NCBI GenBank assembly: GCA_039812085.1
Contig: JBDHZU010000002.1
Coordinates: forward strand, 1 to 49,085
Origin: Candidatus Nanopelagicales bacterium
Lineage (GTDB): Bacteria > Actinomycetota > Actinomycetes > S36-B12 > UBA10799
DNA length: 49,085 bases
Reading direction: 5' to 3'
Positions 41,950 to 49,085 of this stretch are shown piece by piece. Under the pieces are notes generated by a model that was not told where the DNA came from, did not search any database, and was given only the letters and a program-made list of their open reading frames with translations. The position numbers were made by a program, and so were the translations under genes. Positions within the stretch are counted from its first letter, which is position 1; every line of letters begins with the position of its first letter.

Positions 41950-43835
41950 TGTCGATCGGTGGCGGGCCAATGAGCGCGCTGCGTTCCTACTCCCGCGATA
42001 GCTCAGTTGTTGACCGCAAACTGGCACCGGGAACAGTTCGGCGAATCCTCGGTTACGCCAAGCCGTATCGACGCATCATCATCTTCTTCCTCATCGCATT
42101 GGTCTTTGATGCGCTACTGGTGGTGGCTCAACCACTGCTGTTCAAACGAATCGTGGATGACGGCATCACACCGGGAAACGCAACTGTCGTCACCATGAGC
42201 GCGATCCTGGTGGCGGTCGTGGCAGTCGTTGATGCTGGACTCGGTCTGATCAGTCGTTGGTGGTCCGCCCAGATTGGCGAAGGACTGATCTTCGATCTGC
42301 GCACCTCTGTTTTCGGCCATGTGCAACGGCAATCGATCGCGTTCTTTACCCGTGCCCAAACCGGTGCATTGGTCTCGCGTTTGAACAACGACGTGGTCGG
42401 CGCACAGCAAGCATTTACCTCAACCATGTCTGGCGTGCTTGGCAACATCATCAGCTTGGTCGTGGTCATCATCGCGATGGTCGCGTTGAGTTGGCAGATC
42501 ACGGTGGCGGCACTTGTGCTGCTGCCTATCTTCCTCGTCCCCGCTAAGTGGATGGGTCGACGGATGCAGACCCTGACCCGTGAACAAATGCAGCTCAACG
42601 CGGAGATGGGTACACAGATGACTGAACGGTTCAACGTGGCGGGTGCGCTGCTGGTCAAACTGTTCGGTCGCCCCGAAGTTGAAGATGCCACCTTCGCAAG
42701 CAAGGCCGGGCGAGTGCGAAACATCGGGGTATCCATCGCGATGGCTAACCGCTACTTCGTGACGGCATTGACGTTGGTGGCCGCACTGGCAACCGCCATG
42801 GTCTACGGCATTGGCGGCAACCTGGTCATCGGCGGCTCGATGTCATTGGGCACCTTGTTGGCATTAACTGCCCTGCTTGCCCAGTTGTACGGACCATTAA
42901 CGGCACTGTCCAACGTTCGAGTTGATGTCATGACGGCACTCGTTAGCTTCGAACGAGTATTTGAAGTGATGGATCTGCCCACTTTGGTCCAAGAGCCCGA
43001 ACATCCAGCTGCGCTGCCTGCTGGGCCGGTCTCCTTGACGTTTGACCACGTGAGCTTTGAATACCCGCGGCCAGAAGAAGTGTCGTTGGCTTCACTGGAG
43101 ACGATTGCTCGACCTGCACCGTCGAGCACACAAGAGGGCCCCGTTTTGCGCGATGTCAGCTTCGAGGTGCCAGCCGGAACGATGACTGCGCTTGTTGGCC
43201 ATAGCGGTGCTGGTAAGAGCACCACGACGGCACTGATTGCCCGGCTGTATGACGCGACTGCGGGTGCGGTTCGAATTGGCGGAGTCGATGTGCGGGAACT
43301 GTCCTTCGCGGACCTGAGGTCGTGCGTTGGGGAAGTGACCCAAGAGGCTCACCTGTTCCACGACACCATCCGAGCAAATCTGCTCTACGCCCAGCCAGAA
43401 GCGACAGAAGATGAGTTGTGGCAAGCCTTGCGTGCAGCCCAGGTGGCCGAGTTGATCCAAGGTCTGCCCGATGGTTTGGACACGATCGTTGGCGACCGCG
43501 GACATCGATTGTCCGGGGGAGAGAAGCAGCGAGTTGCCATCGCACGACTATTGCTCAAGAGTCCACGGCTGCTTGTCCTGGACGAGGCCACGGCACATCT
43601 CGATAGCGAGAGCGAAGCCGCTGTACAACGAGCGTTGTCCACCGCATTGGCAGGGCGAACTGCAGTGGTGGTGGCACACCGGTTATCGACAATTCGTGCG
43701 GCCGATCAGATCCTGGTTGTCAGCGAAGGTCGAATCGTCCAACGAGGCCGACACGAACAGCTATTGGCACAAGGTGGGTTGTACGCCGACCTGTATCGCA
43801 CGCAGTTCAGCGAACAAGAGTCTGCGGGTCAGTAG
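41949..43835 (+). CDS. ABC transporter, fused permease/ATP-binding (type I exporter)
   Basis: 628 aa. Six-TM N-terminal domain plus an NBD (GHSGAGKST, LSGGEKQR, LLVLDEATA). TGATG overlap with the upstream gene. Confidence 0.92.
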   Translation: MSIGGGPMSALRSYSRDSSVVDRKLAPGTVRRILGYAKPYRRIIIFFLIALVFDALLVVAQPLLFKRIVDDGITPGNATVVTMSAILVAVVAVVDAGLGLISRWWSAQIGEGLIFDLRTSVFGHVQRQSIAFFTRAQTGALVSRLNNDVVGAQQAFTSTMSGVLGNIISLVVVIIAMVALSWQITVAALVLLPIFLVPAKWMGRRMQTLTREQMQLNAEMGTQMTERFNVAGALLVKLFGRPEVEDATFASKAGRVRNIGVSIAMANRYFVTALTLVAALATAMVYGIGGNLVIGGSMSLGTLLALTALLAQLYGPLTALSNVRVDVMTALVSFERVFEVMDLPTLVQEPEHPAALPAGPVSLTFDHVSFEYPRPEEVSLASLETIARPAPSSTQEGPVLRDVSFEVPAGTMTALVGHSGAGKSTTTALIARLYDATAGAVRIGGVDVRELSFADLRSCVGEVTQEAHLFHDTIRANLLYAQPEATEDELWQALRAAQVAELIQGLPDGLDTIVGDRGHRLSGGEKQRVAIARLLLKSPRLLVLDEATAHLDSESEAAVQRALSTALAGRTAVVVAHRLSTIRAADQILVVSEGRIVQRGRHEQLLAQGGLYADLYRTQFSEQESAGQ

Positions 43836-44622
43836 TTTCCTGACGCAGATCTGCCTGTTCGGCTTCTTGGCGGTCCAGTTCGTCATCCAGGCGGCGGTCT
43901 TTCAACTCGCGTCGAACCAGAATCGTCAGCCCAATCACGAACATGATGGCGAACGCGATCCACTGCAGGGCATAGGACAAGTGTGGACCCTCATCGATCT
44001 CCGGCAATGGAATCGGAGTGAGCCCCGCACCCTGTGCGGGGGTTGAGGATTCCAGGTCGATATACATCGGCAGCATGGCGCTTTGTGCCCCGACCAGGGC
44101 ACCCAATTTGGTGACATCCAATGTCTGGGTTTGCCCGGCTGGCATATCGGCTGGATCAGGGTCACTCGGAATTGATGGCTGCAGACGTCCGGTGACGGTA
44201 ACGGTTCCGCTCGGAGGTGCGGGTGGTACGGGGTTGGTGCGCGGATTGTCCGGAGTCTCGATCCAGCCGCGGTTGACCATGACCCAACGTCCGTCGCTCA
44301 GTTTCAAAGGTGTGGCCACGTAGTAACCGGTTTTGGTATTGAGAATCTTCCGTCGAACGAGTCGTTCCCCACTGTCGTCGAACGTCCCGGTTGCGGTCAC
44401 GGGGCGGTACTGCAGCTCGGCCAGATCCGTCTGTCCAGGGTGTAACAGAGTGCTGACATTCTCGGCTTTGGTGGACTCATTGTGAACCTGCAAGGAGTTA
44501 GCTGCCTTGCGTTGGTCGAGGCGGTGGAATTGCCAGTCAGACAGGCGCAAGCACAGCAGGGCTGCCAGCGGAACAAGGATGAGCATGGCGAGCCAGCGTG
44601 GTTGACGCAGGATTCGCAGCAC
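43807..44622 (-). CDS. SURF1-family cytochrome oxidase assembly protein
   Basis: 271 aa. N-terminal TM then WQFHRL motif, and a C-terminal TM (LSYALQWIAFAIMF). The 3' end overlaps the ABC exporter 3' end by 29 nt. Confidence 0.85.
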   Translation of the reverse strand: MLRILRQPRWLAMLILVPLAALLCLRLSDWQFHRLDQRKAANSLQVHNESTKAENVSTLLHPGQTDLAELQYRPVTATGTFDDSGERLVRRKILNTKTGYYVATPLKLSDGRWVMVNRGWIETPDNPRTNPVPPAPPSGTVTVTGRLQPSIPSDPDPADMPAGQTQTLDVTKLGALVGAQSAMLPMYIDLESSTPAQGAGLTPIPLPEIDEGPHLSYALQWIAFAIMFVIGLTILVRRELKDRRLDDELDRQEAEQADLRQETTDPQTLVR

Positions 44623-44643
44623 CAGATGACTCTAACCCGCGAG

Positions 44644-44946
44644 TTAATGCCTCGTCGTGGTTCGGGCAGTCAGTTCCGGCTTGTCGTTCAACACGATGGG
44701 CGAGACAGCCTGATCACGGGGTTGGACTGTGGCCGAATTGGCCAGCACAACCGCCACATAGGGAACCACGATGGCGAATGCCATGAGCAGCCAGCCGATC
44801 CATCCCTGAATGATGATGGCGGCCACAAAACAGACCAGTCGAGCACCCATGGTGATGAGGTACCGACGCTGTCGAAATTCACGGTCCGCTGCTGCAGATG
44901 GACGTGCGCCAGTGATGACGTGGACTTGCTCATCACGACGTGGCAT
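44644..44946 (-). CDS. DUF3099 domain-containing membrane protein
   Basis: 100 aa. RRYLITMGARLVCFVAA...PYVAVVLAN two-TM pattern typical of DUF3099. Confidence 0.78.
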   Translation of the reverse strand: MPRRDEQVHVITGARPSAAADREFRQRRYLITMGARLVCFVAAIIIQGWIGWLLMAFAIVVPYVAVVLANSATVQPRDQAVSPIVLNDKPELTARTTTRH

Positions 44947-45046
44947 AGCCCTAACCTAAGTCTGATTCACAATTGCTGCCACTATTGGACAGCTGGTAAC
45001 GATCTGCGGTGGCTACTGCAGGTACGCAACGCAGGAGGCGACAGAC

Positions 45047-45265
45047 ATGGCAGACCGCACCTACGGATTGACCGAAATCGTCGGAACGTCCACTCAGGGA
45101 ATCGATGACGCGATCCGTAACGGCATCGCTCGTGCGGGCAAGAGTGCACGACACTTGGACTGGTTTGAGGTCAGCGGCGTGCGCGGATACATCAAGGACG
45201 GCGATGTTCACCACTTCCAGGTATCCATGAAGTTGGGTTACCGCTTAGAAGATGCTGACGCGTAA
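45047..45265 (+). CDS. dodecin family flavin-binding protein
   Basis: 72 aa. TYGLTEIVGTS...IDDAIRNGIARA...WFEV pattern. AGGAGG SD. Confidence 0.85.
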   Translation: MADRTYGLTEIVGTSTQGIDDAIRNGIARAGKSARHLDWFEVSGVRGYIKDGDVHHFQVSMKLGYRLEDADA

Positions 45266-45274
45266 CGGTTAAGG

Positions 45275-45307
45275 CTGCGCAGTCAGTTCTGTGCAGTTGC
45301 TTTTGCC
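45275..45307 (+). terminator. candidate intrinsic terminator for the dodecin gene (overlaps the serB 3' end)
   Basis: CTGCGCAG (45275-45282) pairs with CTGTGCAG (45289-45296): 8 bp including one G-U, with a 6-nt loop. It is followed by TTGCTTTTG. Confidence 0.4.
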
Positions 45308-46485
45308 ATGGCGGCATCGGCTTCTTCGCCGGTGATTCCCAGTAGGAACAACACGGTGTCCAAGTAAGGCACGTTGACGGCGGTATCTGCGCTTTGCCGT
45401 AGGACGGGTTTGGCGTTGAAGGCGATTCCCAGTCCCGCAGTGGCAATCATGTCCAGATCGTTTGCCCCATCGCCGATGGCGACTGTTCGTTCCAACGGAA
45501 TCCCGTATTCGGCGGCTATCTCAACCAACGCAGCGGCCTTGGCTTTACGGTCGATGACTGGTCCTGTCGTCCGTCCGGTGAGGGTGCCATCGGCAACCTC
45601 TAGTCGGTTAGCACGAACCTGCTCGACCCCGAGTTCGGCTGCCAGTTCGTCCACGACCTCGTGGAACCCGCCCGATACCAAAGCGACGTGATAGCCCAGA
45701 TGTCGCAATGTGGTGACCAAGGTGCGAGCACCTGGGGTTAATCGCACGGCACGACGAACATCCTCCAGGCTGGAGACGTTTACTCCGGCCAACAGCTTGA
45801 CGCGCTCAGCGAGACTTTCGGCAAAGTCGAGTTCACCCGCCATCGCACGATTGGTCACCTCCGCCACCGCATCGGTGCATCCGGCATGTTCGGCGATGAG
45901 TTCGATGACCTCGTCTTGGATCAAGGTGGAGTCCACATCCAGCACGACCAGTCGCGCACCGCGACGCGAGACCCCTGGCACATCCACGGACAAGTCCACT
46001 CCCGCATCCGCAGACACCAGTGCAAGACGACGACGAAGTTCGTCCCGGTCCGCACCAGAAACCTCGAACTCCAAAGCGGTCACTGGTCTGCGAGCCACTC
46101 GGATGATCCGGTCGATATTTGCGCCTAAGTCGGTGATTGCTGCCGTGATCGCGTGTAGGCCACCAGCACACAGTGGGCTGCCGATTGCGGTCACCACCAA
46201 ACGTCCGGACCGACGGGCATCGTCACCATCGAGCCCTATCCGGATATCGCACTTGAGGTCCAAGGTGGTGGCCTGTTCACAGGCTGCCTGACGTGCAGCT
46301 TCGACCACTTCGTCATCAGCGTCGTCGGTCGCGAGCAGCAACCCGAGGGAGAGGTGACCGCGAATCACCACCTGCTCAATATCCAGGACCGGGAATCCGA
46401 AGGGAGCAAGGGCTTCGAGCAGACTGGCGGTGACACCCGGACGGTCGTCACCGCTAACGGTGATGAGCATCGTCGAGGTCGCCAT
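45283..46485 (-). CDS. serB: phosphoserine phosphatase SerB with two N-terminal ACT domains
   Basis: 400 aa. HAD motif I DVDSTLI, and C-terminal GDGANDL. The N-terminal half resembles ACT domains, as in mycobacterial SerB2. Confidence 0.92.
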   Translation of the reverse strand: MATSTMLITVSGDDRPGVTASLLEALAPFGFPVLDIEQVVIRGHLSLGLLLATDDADDEVVEAARQAACEQATTLDLKCDIRIGLDGDDARRSGRLVVTAIGSPLCAGGLHAITAAITDLGANIDRIIRVARRPVTALEFEVSGADRDELRRRLALVSADAGVDLSVDVPGVSRRGARLVVLDVDSTLIQDEVIELIAEHAGCTDAVAEVTNRAMAGELDFAESLAERVKLLAGVNVSSLEDVRRAVRLTPGARTLVTTLRHLGYHVALVSGGFHEVVDELAAELGVEQVRANRLEVADGTLTGRTTGPVIDRKAKAAALVEIAAEYGIPLERTVAIGDGANDLDMIATAGLGIAFNAKPVLRQSADTAVNVPYLDTVLFLLGITGEEADAAMAKATAQN

Positions 46486-46498
46486 GAGGGTTACGACG

Positions 46499-47293
46499 CT
46501 ATCGGGTGCTACAGGCGGCAGCGAGGCAGCGCCGCGCCGTATGGGCGAGATCGGTCAGAGATTGCGTCCGAGCGGCAGTGACATTGACGCTGCCGTGCAC
46601 AGTGGAGTCGTGGTGCAGTGCAGTTGTTGCGATGGCCAACACTTGGGCGGCTTGCAGCACCGTTGCCCGTTGTTCAGGTGAAGTATCTGCGGGCCAGGTG
46701 AACCGATCAAGTTCGGTTTGTACCCTGCGCATGGAATCGCTGATGGCATCACGTCCGGCTGCAGTATCGGTGGCCGCGAGCAGGGTGGTGGCATCGGCAA
46801 TTGCTGTCCGAATCGCCCAGCGTGCTTGTTCCGGGCGGATGGATGCGCTGGCGGTGGTGGGGTCAACCAGGCTGGACTCTTGGCTGAATGTCTTCCACGT
46901 GGTGTGTGCATCAATCGTCGGTACCAAGACGATGCCGACCGAATCGAAAATCACGGCTTGCCCAGCGGTGATGGCCTCGGCCGCTAACCCAGGGATCGCC
47001 GGGAGACCGTCCACATGGCCTGGCGCGGGCAGCACAACGCGTGCCTGCCACATCGATCGTGATTCCTGGTGTTCGGTGAGCAGTTCGATGAGTCCGACTG
47101 GGAATGGTTGATTGCCTTGTGGCGTGGCGAGGATTTGCTGGCCGGTGCGAGTGTGGGAATCGACGACATCGTCCAAGCTGGCCGTGCCGTGCAACCAACT
47201 GTTCCACCAGATCGCAAAGGTGCAGGCACGAGGGAGTACCTCAGTGAGAGTGGCTCGACCGACGGAGTCGACCGATGCGTGACGTCGTGCCAT
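46499..47293 (-). CDS. hypothetical protein (about 264 aa), probably co-transcribed with serB
   Basis: ORF 46499..47314. ATG 47293 is preferred because TATCCT lies 6 nt upstream. Its stop is 13 nt before the serB start. I recognise no motif. Confidence 0.6.
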   Translation of the reverse strand: MARRHASVDSVGRATLTEVLPRACTFAIWWNSWLHGTASLDDVVDSHTRTGQQILATPQGNQPFPVGLIELLTEHQESRSMWQARVVLPAPGHVDGLPAIPGLAAEAITAGQAVIFDSVGIVLVPTIDAHTTWKTFSQESSLVDPTTASASIRPEQARWAIRTAIADATTLLAATDTAAGRDAISDSMRRVQTELDRFTWPADTSPEQRATVLQAAQVLAIATTALHHDSTVHGSVNVTAARTQSLTDLAHTARRCLAAACSTR

Positions 47294-47299
47294 CGGGCC

Positions 47300-47305
47300 A
47301 GGATA
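47300..47305 (-). promoter_or_regulatory. candidate -10 hexamer TATCCT (minus strand), 6 nt upstream of ATG 47293
   Basis: Plus-strand aggata at 47300-47305 reads TATCCT on the minus strand. The spacer is ggcccg, then ATG. Confidence 0.35.
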
Positions 47306-47357
47306 CGGCTGCACCTAGGCTGTTTGTCATGGTGCAAATGCGACAAGGTCTTGGGCA

Positions 47358-48122
47358 ATGGACCTAGCGCACGGAGTATTGCTCGCGGGGGCGTCGTTTG
47401 CCGCGGGTGCGATTAATGCTGCGGTGGGGTCGGGAACCTTGCTCACATATCCCGTCTTGCTTGGTCTCGGGTTGCCTCCGGTGTTGGCTAATGGCACCAA
47501 CACCCTCGGTGTGGTTCCTGGAGCAATCTCTGGTGCGTGGGTCTACCGAGACAAGCTGAGCCTGCCGCGTGACGTGCTCAAACGACTCGGACTGTTGATG
47601 GCCGGATTTGGCGTCGTTGGTGCACTGCTGGTGGTGTTGTTGCCTGATCGGGTGTTCACCATGGTTGTTCCATGGCTGATTTTGGCTGCGTGTGCGGTGA
47701 TCCTGTTGCAGCCGGTGATTCTACGGATTGTGGGCAAGCACAATGGTGGACAACTCGTCGAGCGTCATAGCGGCACGTTGGTGACGGTGGTATTCACCGC
47801 GATCGGTATCTACAGCGGCTACTTCGGTGCGGCAGTCGGTGTGGCGCTGCTGGCTGGTTTGTTGTCTCTCGTGGTGTTCGACGTGCAACAGGCAAATGCC
47901 GCCAAGAATGTGCTCGCAGGAGTAGGTAATGGCGCGGCGGCGTTGGTGTTCATCGTCTTCGGCAAAGTGGTGTGGATTCCGGCGTTGATCATGATGGTGA
48001 TGGCCACAATCGGTGGCGCGGTGGGTGGTGGCGTGGCTCGACGGCTGCCCGCGCCTTTGCTGAGAGCCGTGATCATTGCTGTTGGTTTGTATGCCGCCGC
48101 GATGGCTTTTGCGCAGGGGTAG
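47358..48122 (+). CDS. TauE/SafE family sulfite/anion exporter membrane protein
   Basis: 254 aa, about 8 TM helices. N-terminal GAINAAVGSGTLLTYPVL and a repeated half (YFGAAVGVALLA). Confidence 0.85.
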   Translation: MDLAHGVLLAGASFAAGAINAAVGSGTLLTYPVLLGLGLPPVLANGTNTLGVVPGAISGAWVYRDKLSLPRDVLKRLGLLMAGFGVVGALLVVLLPDRVFTMVVPWLILAACAVILLQPVILRIVGKHNGGQLVERHSGTLVTVVFTAIGIYSGYFGAAVGVALLAGLLSLVVFDVQQANAAKNVLAGVGNGAAALVFIVFGKVVWIPALIMMVMATIGGAVGGGVARRLPAPLLRAVIIAVGLYAAAMAFAQG

Positions 48123-48124
48123 CG

Positions 48125-48931
48125 ATGCGAATCATCGAGATCGACTCAGCGCAGGCACCGGAGATCACCGACTACACCCGTCTCAACGACATGCAGTTGC
48201 GCCAACGGATCGAACCGGAGCGTGGACTGTTCATGGCTGAGGGCGCGACGGTGATCGAACGAGCGCACCGAGCCGGACACACCATCGTGTCGGTGCTGAC
48301 GGAAGATCGGTGGTTGCCCCGGATCGAGCCGCTACTGGCTGAGGCGGATGTGCCGGTCTATGTGGCCCAAGCAGAGGTGCTTGAAGCCATCGTGGGGTAT
48401 CGGCTGCATCGTGGTGCCTTGGCTGTCGTGCAACGTCCACAACCGAAGCCAGTCGCCGAGCTGATCGAGTCCGCACGCACAGTTGTCGTTATCGAGGATT
48501 TGGTTGACCACACCAACGTGGGACTCATCTTTCGCAACGCAGCTGCACTGGGAGTGGATGCAGTTCTGGTGTCGCCGAGATGCGCTGACCCTTGGTATCG
48601 ACGCAGCGTCAAATCGTCGATGGGGACGATCTTCTCTATCCCGTGGACGATCGCAGATCCCTGGCCTTGGATGTTGGACGACTTGGGGGAGCACGGCTTC
48701 ACCCGCTACGCCTTGACCCCCGCACCAGATGCGGACGATCTAGGCGAGGTTTATCGCCACAAAGATGAGCGAATCGCTTTGCTGTTCGGAACGGAAGGTC
48801 CGGGGTTGAGTCAGGCCGCGCTCCAACGGGTTGATCGTCGGGTTCGGATTCCCATGCATCGTGGTGTCGACTCGTTGAATGTGGCTGCTGCTGCCGCAGT
48901 CGCGTGCTTCGCACTGGCATCAACAACCTGA
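48125..48931 (+). CDS. TrmH/SpoU-family RNA 2'-O-methyltransferase
   Basis: ORF 47972..48931. ATG 48125 follows the TauE stop by 2 nt. SpoU motifs ([42 protein letters not shown]). Confidence 0.88.
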   Translation: MRIIEIDSAQAPEITDYTRLNDMQLRQRIEPERGLFMAEGATVIERAHRAGHTIVSVLTEDRWLPRIEPLLAEADVPVYVAQAEVLEAIVGYRLHRGALAVVQRPQPKPVAELIESARTVVVIEDLVDHTNVGLIFRNAAALGVDAVLVSPRCADPWYRRSVKSSMGTIFSIPWTIADPWPWMLDDLGEHGFTRYALTPAPDADDLGEVYRHKDERIALLFGTEGPGLSQAALQRVDRRVRIPMHRGVDSLNVAAAAAVACFALASTT

Positions 48932-48950
48932 TCTACGACAGGGTGTGCGA

Positions 48951-49085
48951 ATGGCAGAAATCGTCCTCCTTCGTCATGGCGACACCGAGTGGAGCATCTC
49001 GGGTCAGCACACCGGTCGAACTGACCTCCCGTTAGTGGAGTCCGGTCGCCAGCGCGCCAAGTCGCTCGCCCCGGTATTGGCCAAG
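48951..49085 (+). CDS. histidine phosphatase (phosphoglycerate mutase) family protein, 5' fragment
   Basis: [28 protein letters not shown] contains the RHG catalytic motif. It runs off the window end. Confidence 0.75.
   Translation, partial: MAEIVLLRHGDTEWSISGQHTGRTDLPLVESGRQRAKSLAPVLAK

Overview
This 49 kb window is a compact, almost fully coding stretch of a high-GC Gram-positive (Actinomycetota-type) chromosome. GC content was judged by eye, not computed. Gene order follows the conserved actinobacterial core backbone. On the plus strand: dprE2-like SDR, coaE, uvrB, TerC, then fadA-fadB-TetR. On the minus strand: yccF, MBL hydrolase, AlkZ/YcaQ-like glycosylase. Then uvrA, a Rieske lipoprotein, a convergent SGNH hydrolase, uvrC-rapZ-yvcK-whiA, and gap-pgk-tpiA-secG-rbpA. 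Convergent to these is tkt-tal-pgl. Next come ctaB, then convergent ctaA with an ABC-2 transporter, then sufR-sufB-sufD-Rieske-sufC-sufS-sufU-sufT(DUF59). After that: a small acidic ORF, ABC-F, a small HTH protein, enoyl-CoA hydratase, an ABC exporter, convergent SURF1 and DUF3099, dodecin, and convergent serB plus an unknown protein. The window ends with TauE, a TrmH-family methyltransferase and the 5' end of a histidine phosphatase. Many ORF-track entries have spurious N-terminal extensions; I re-set those starts using stop/start overlaps (ATGA, GTGA, TGATG), Shine-Dalgarno sites, or -10-like TANNNT hexamers 6-7 nt upstream of the start (leaderless architecture). I saw no rRNA, tRNA, CRISPR array, transposase/integrase or prophage-like content, and no self-contained accessory island or obvious defence-type system. 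The leads reported are modest: zwf-opcA is absent from the pentose-phosphate operon; an AlkZ-like glycosylase sits in a three-gene operon divergent from uvrA; a Tat-exported Rieske lipoprotein is start/stop-coupled to uvrA; UvrA has a Lys-rich tail; a repeat-rich operator/promoter precedes fadAB; a 15-nt motif is shared by the uvrC and sufR 5' regions; and two uncharacterised ORFs carry leaderless promoter signatures. All product calls rest on recognised motifs and remembered family sequences, not database searches.
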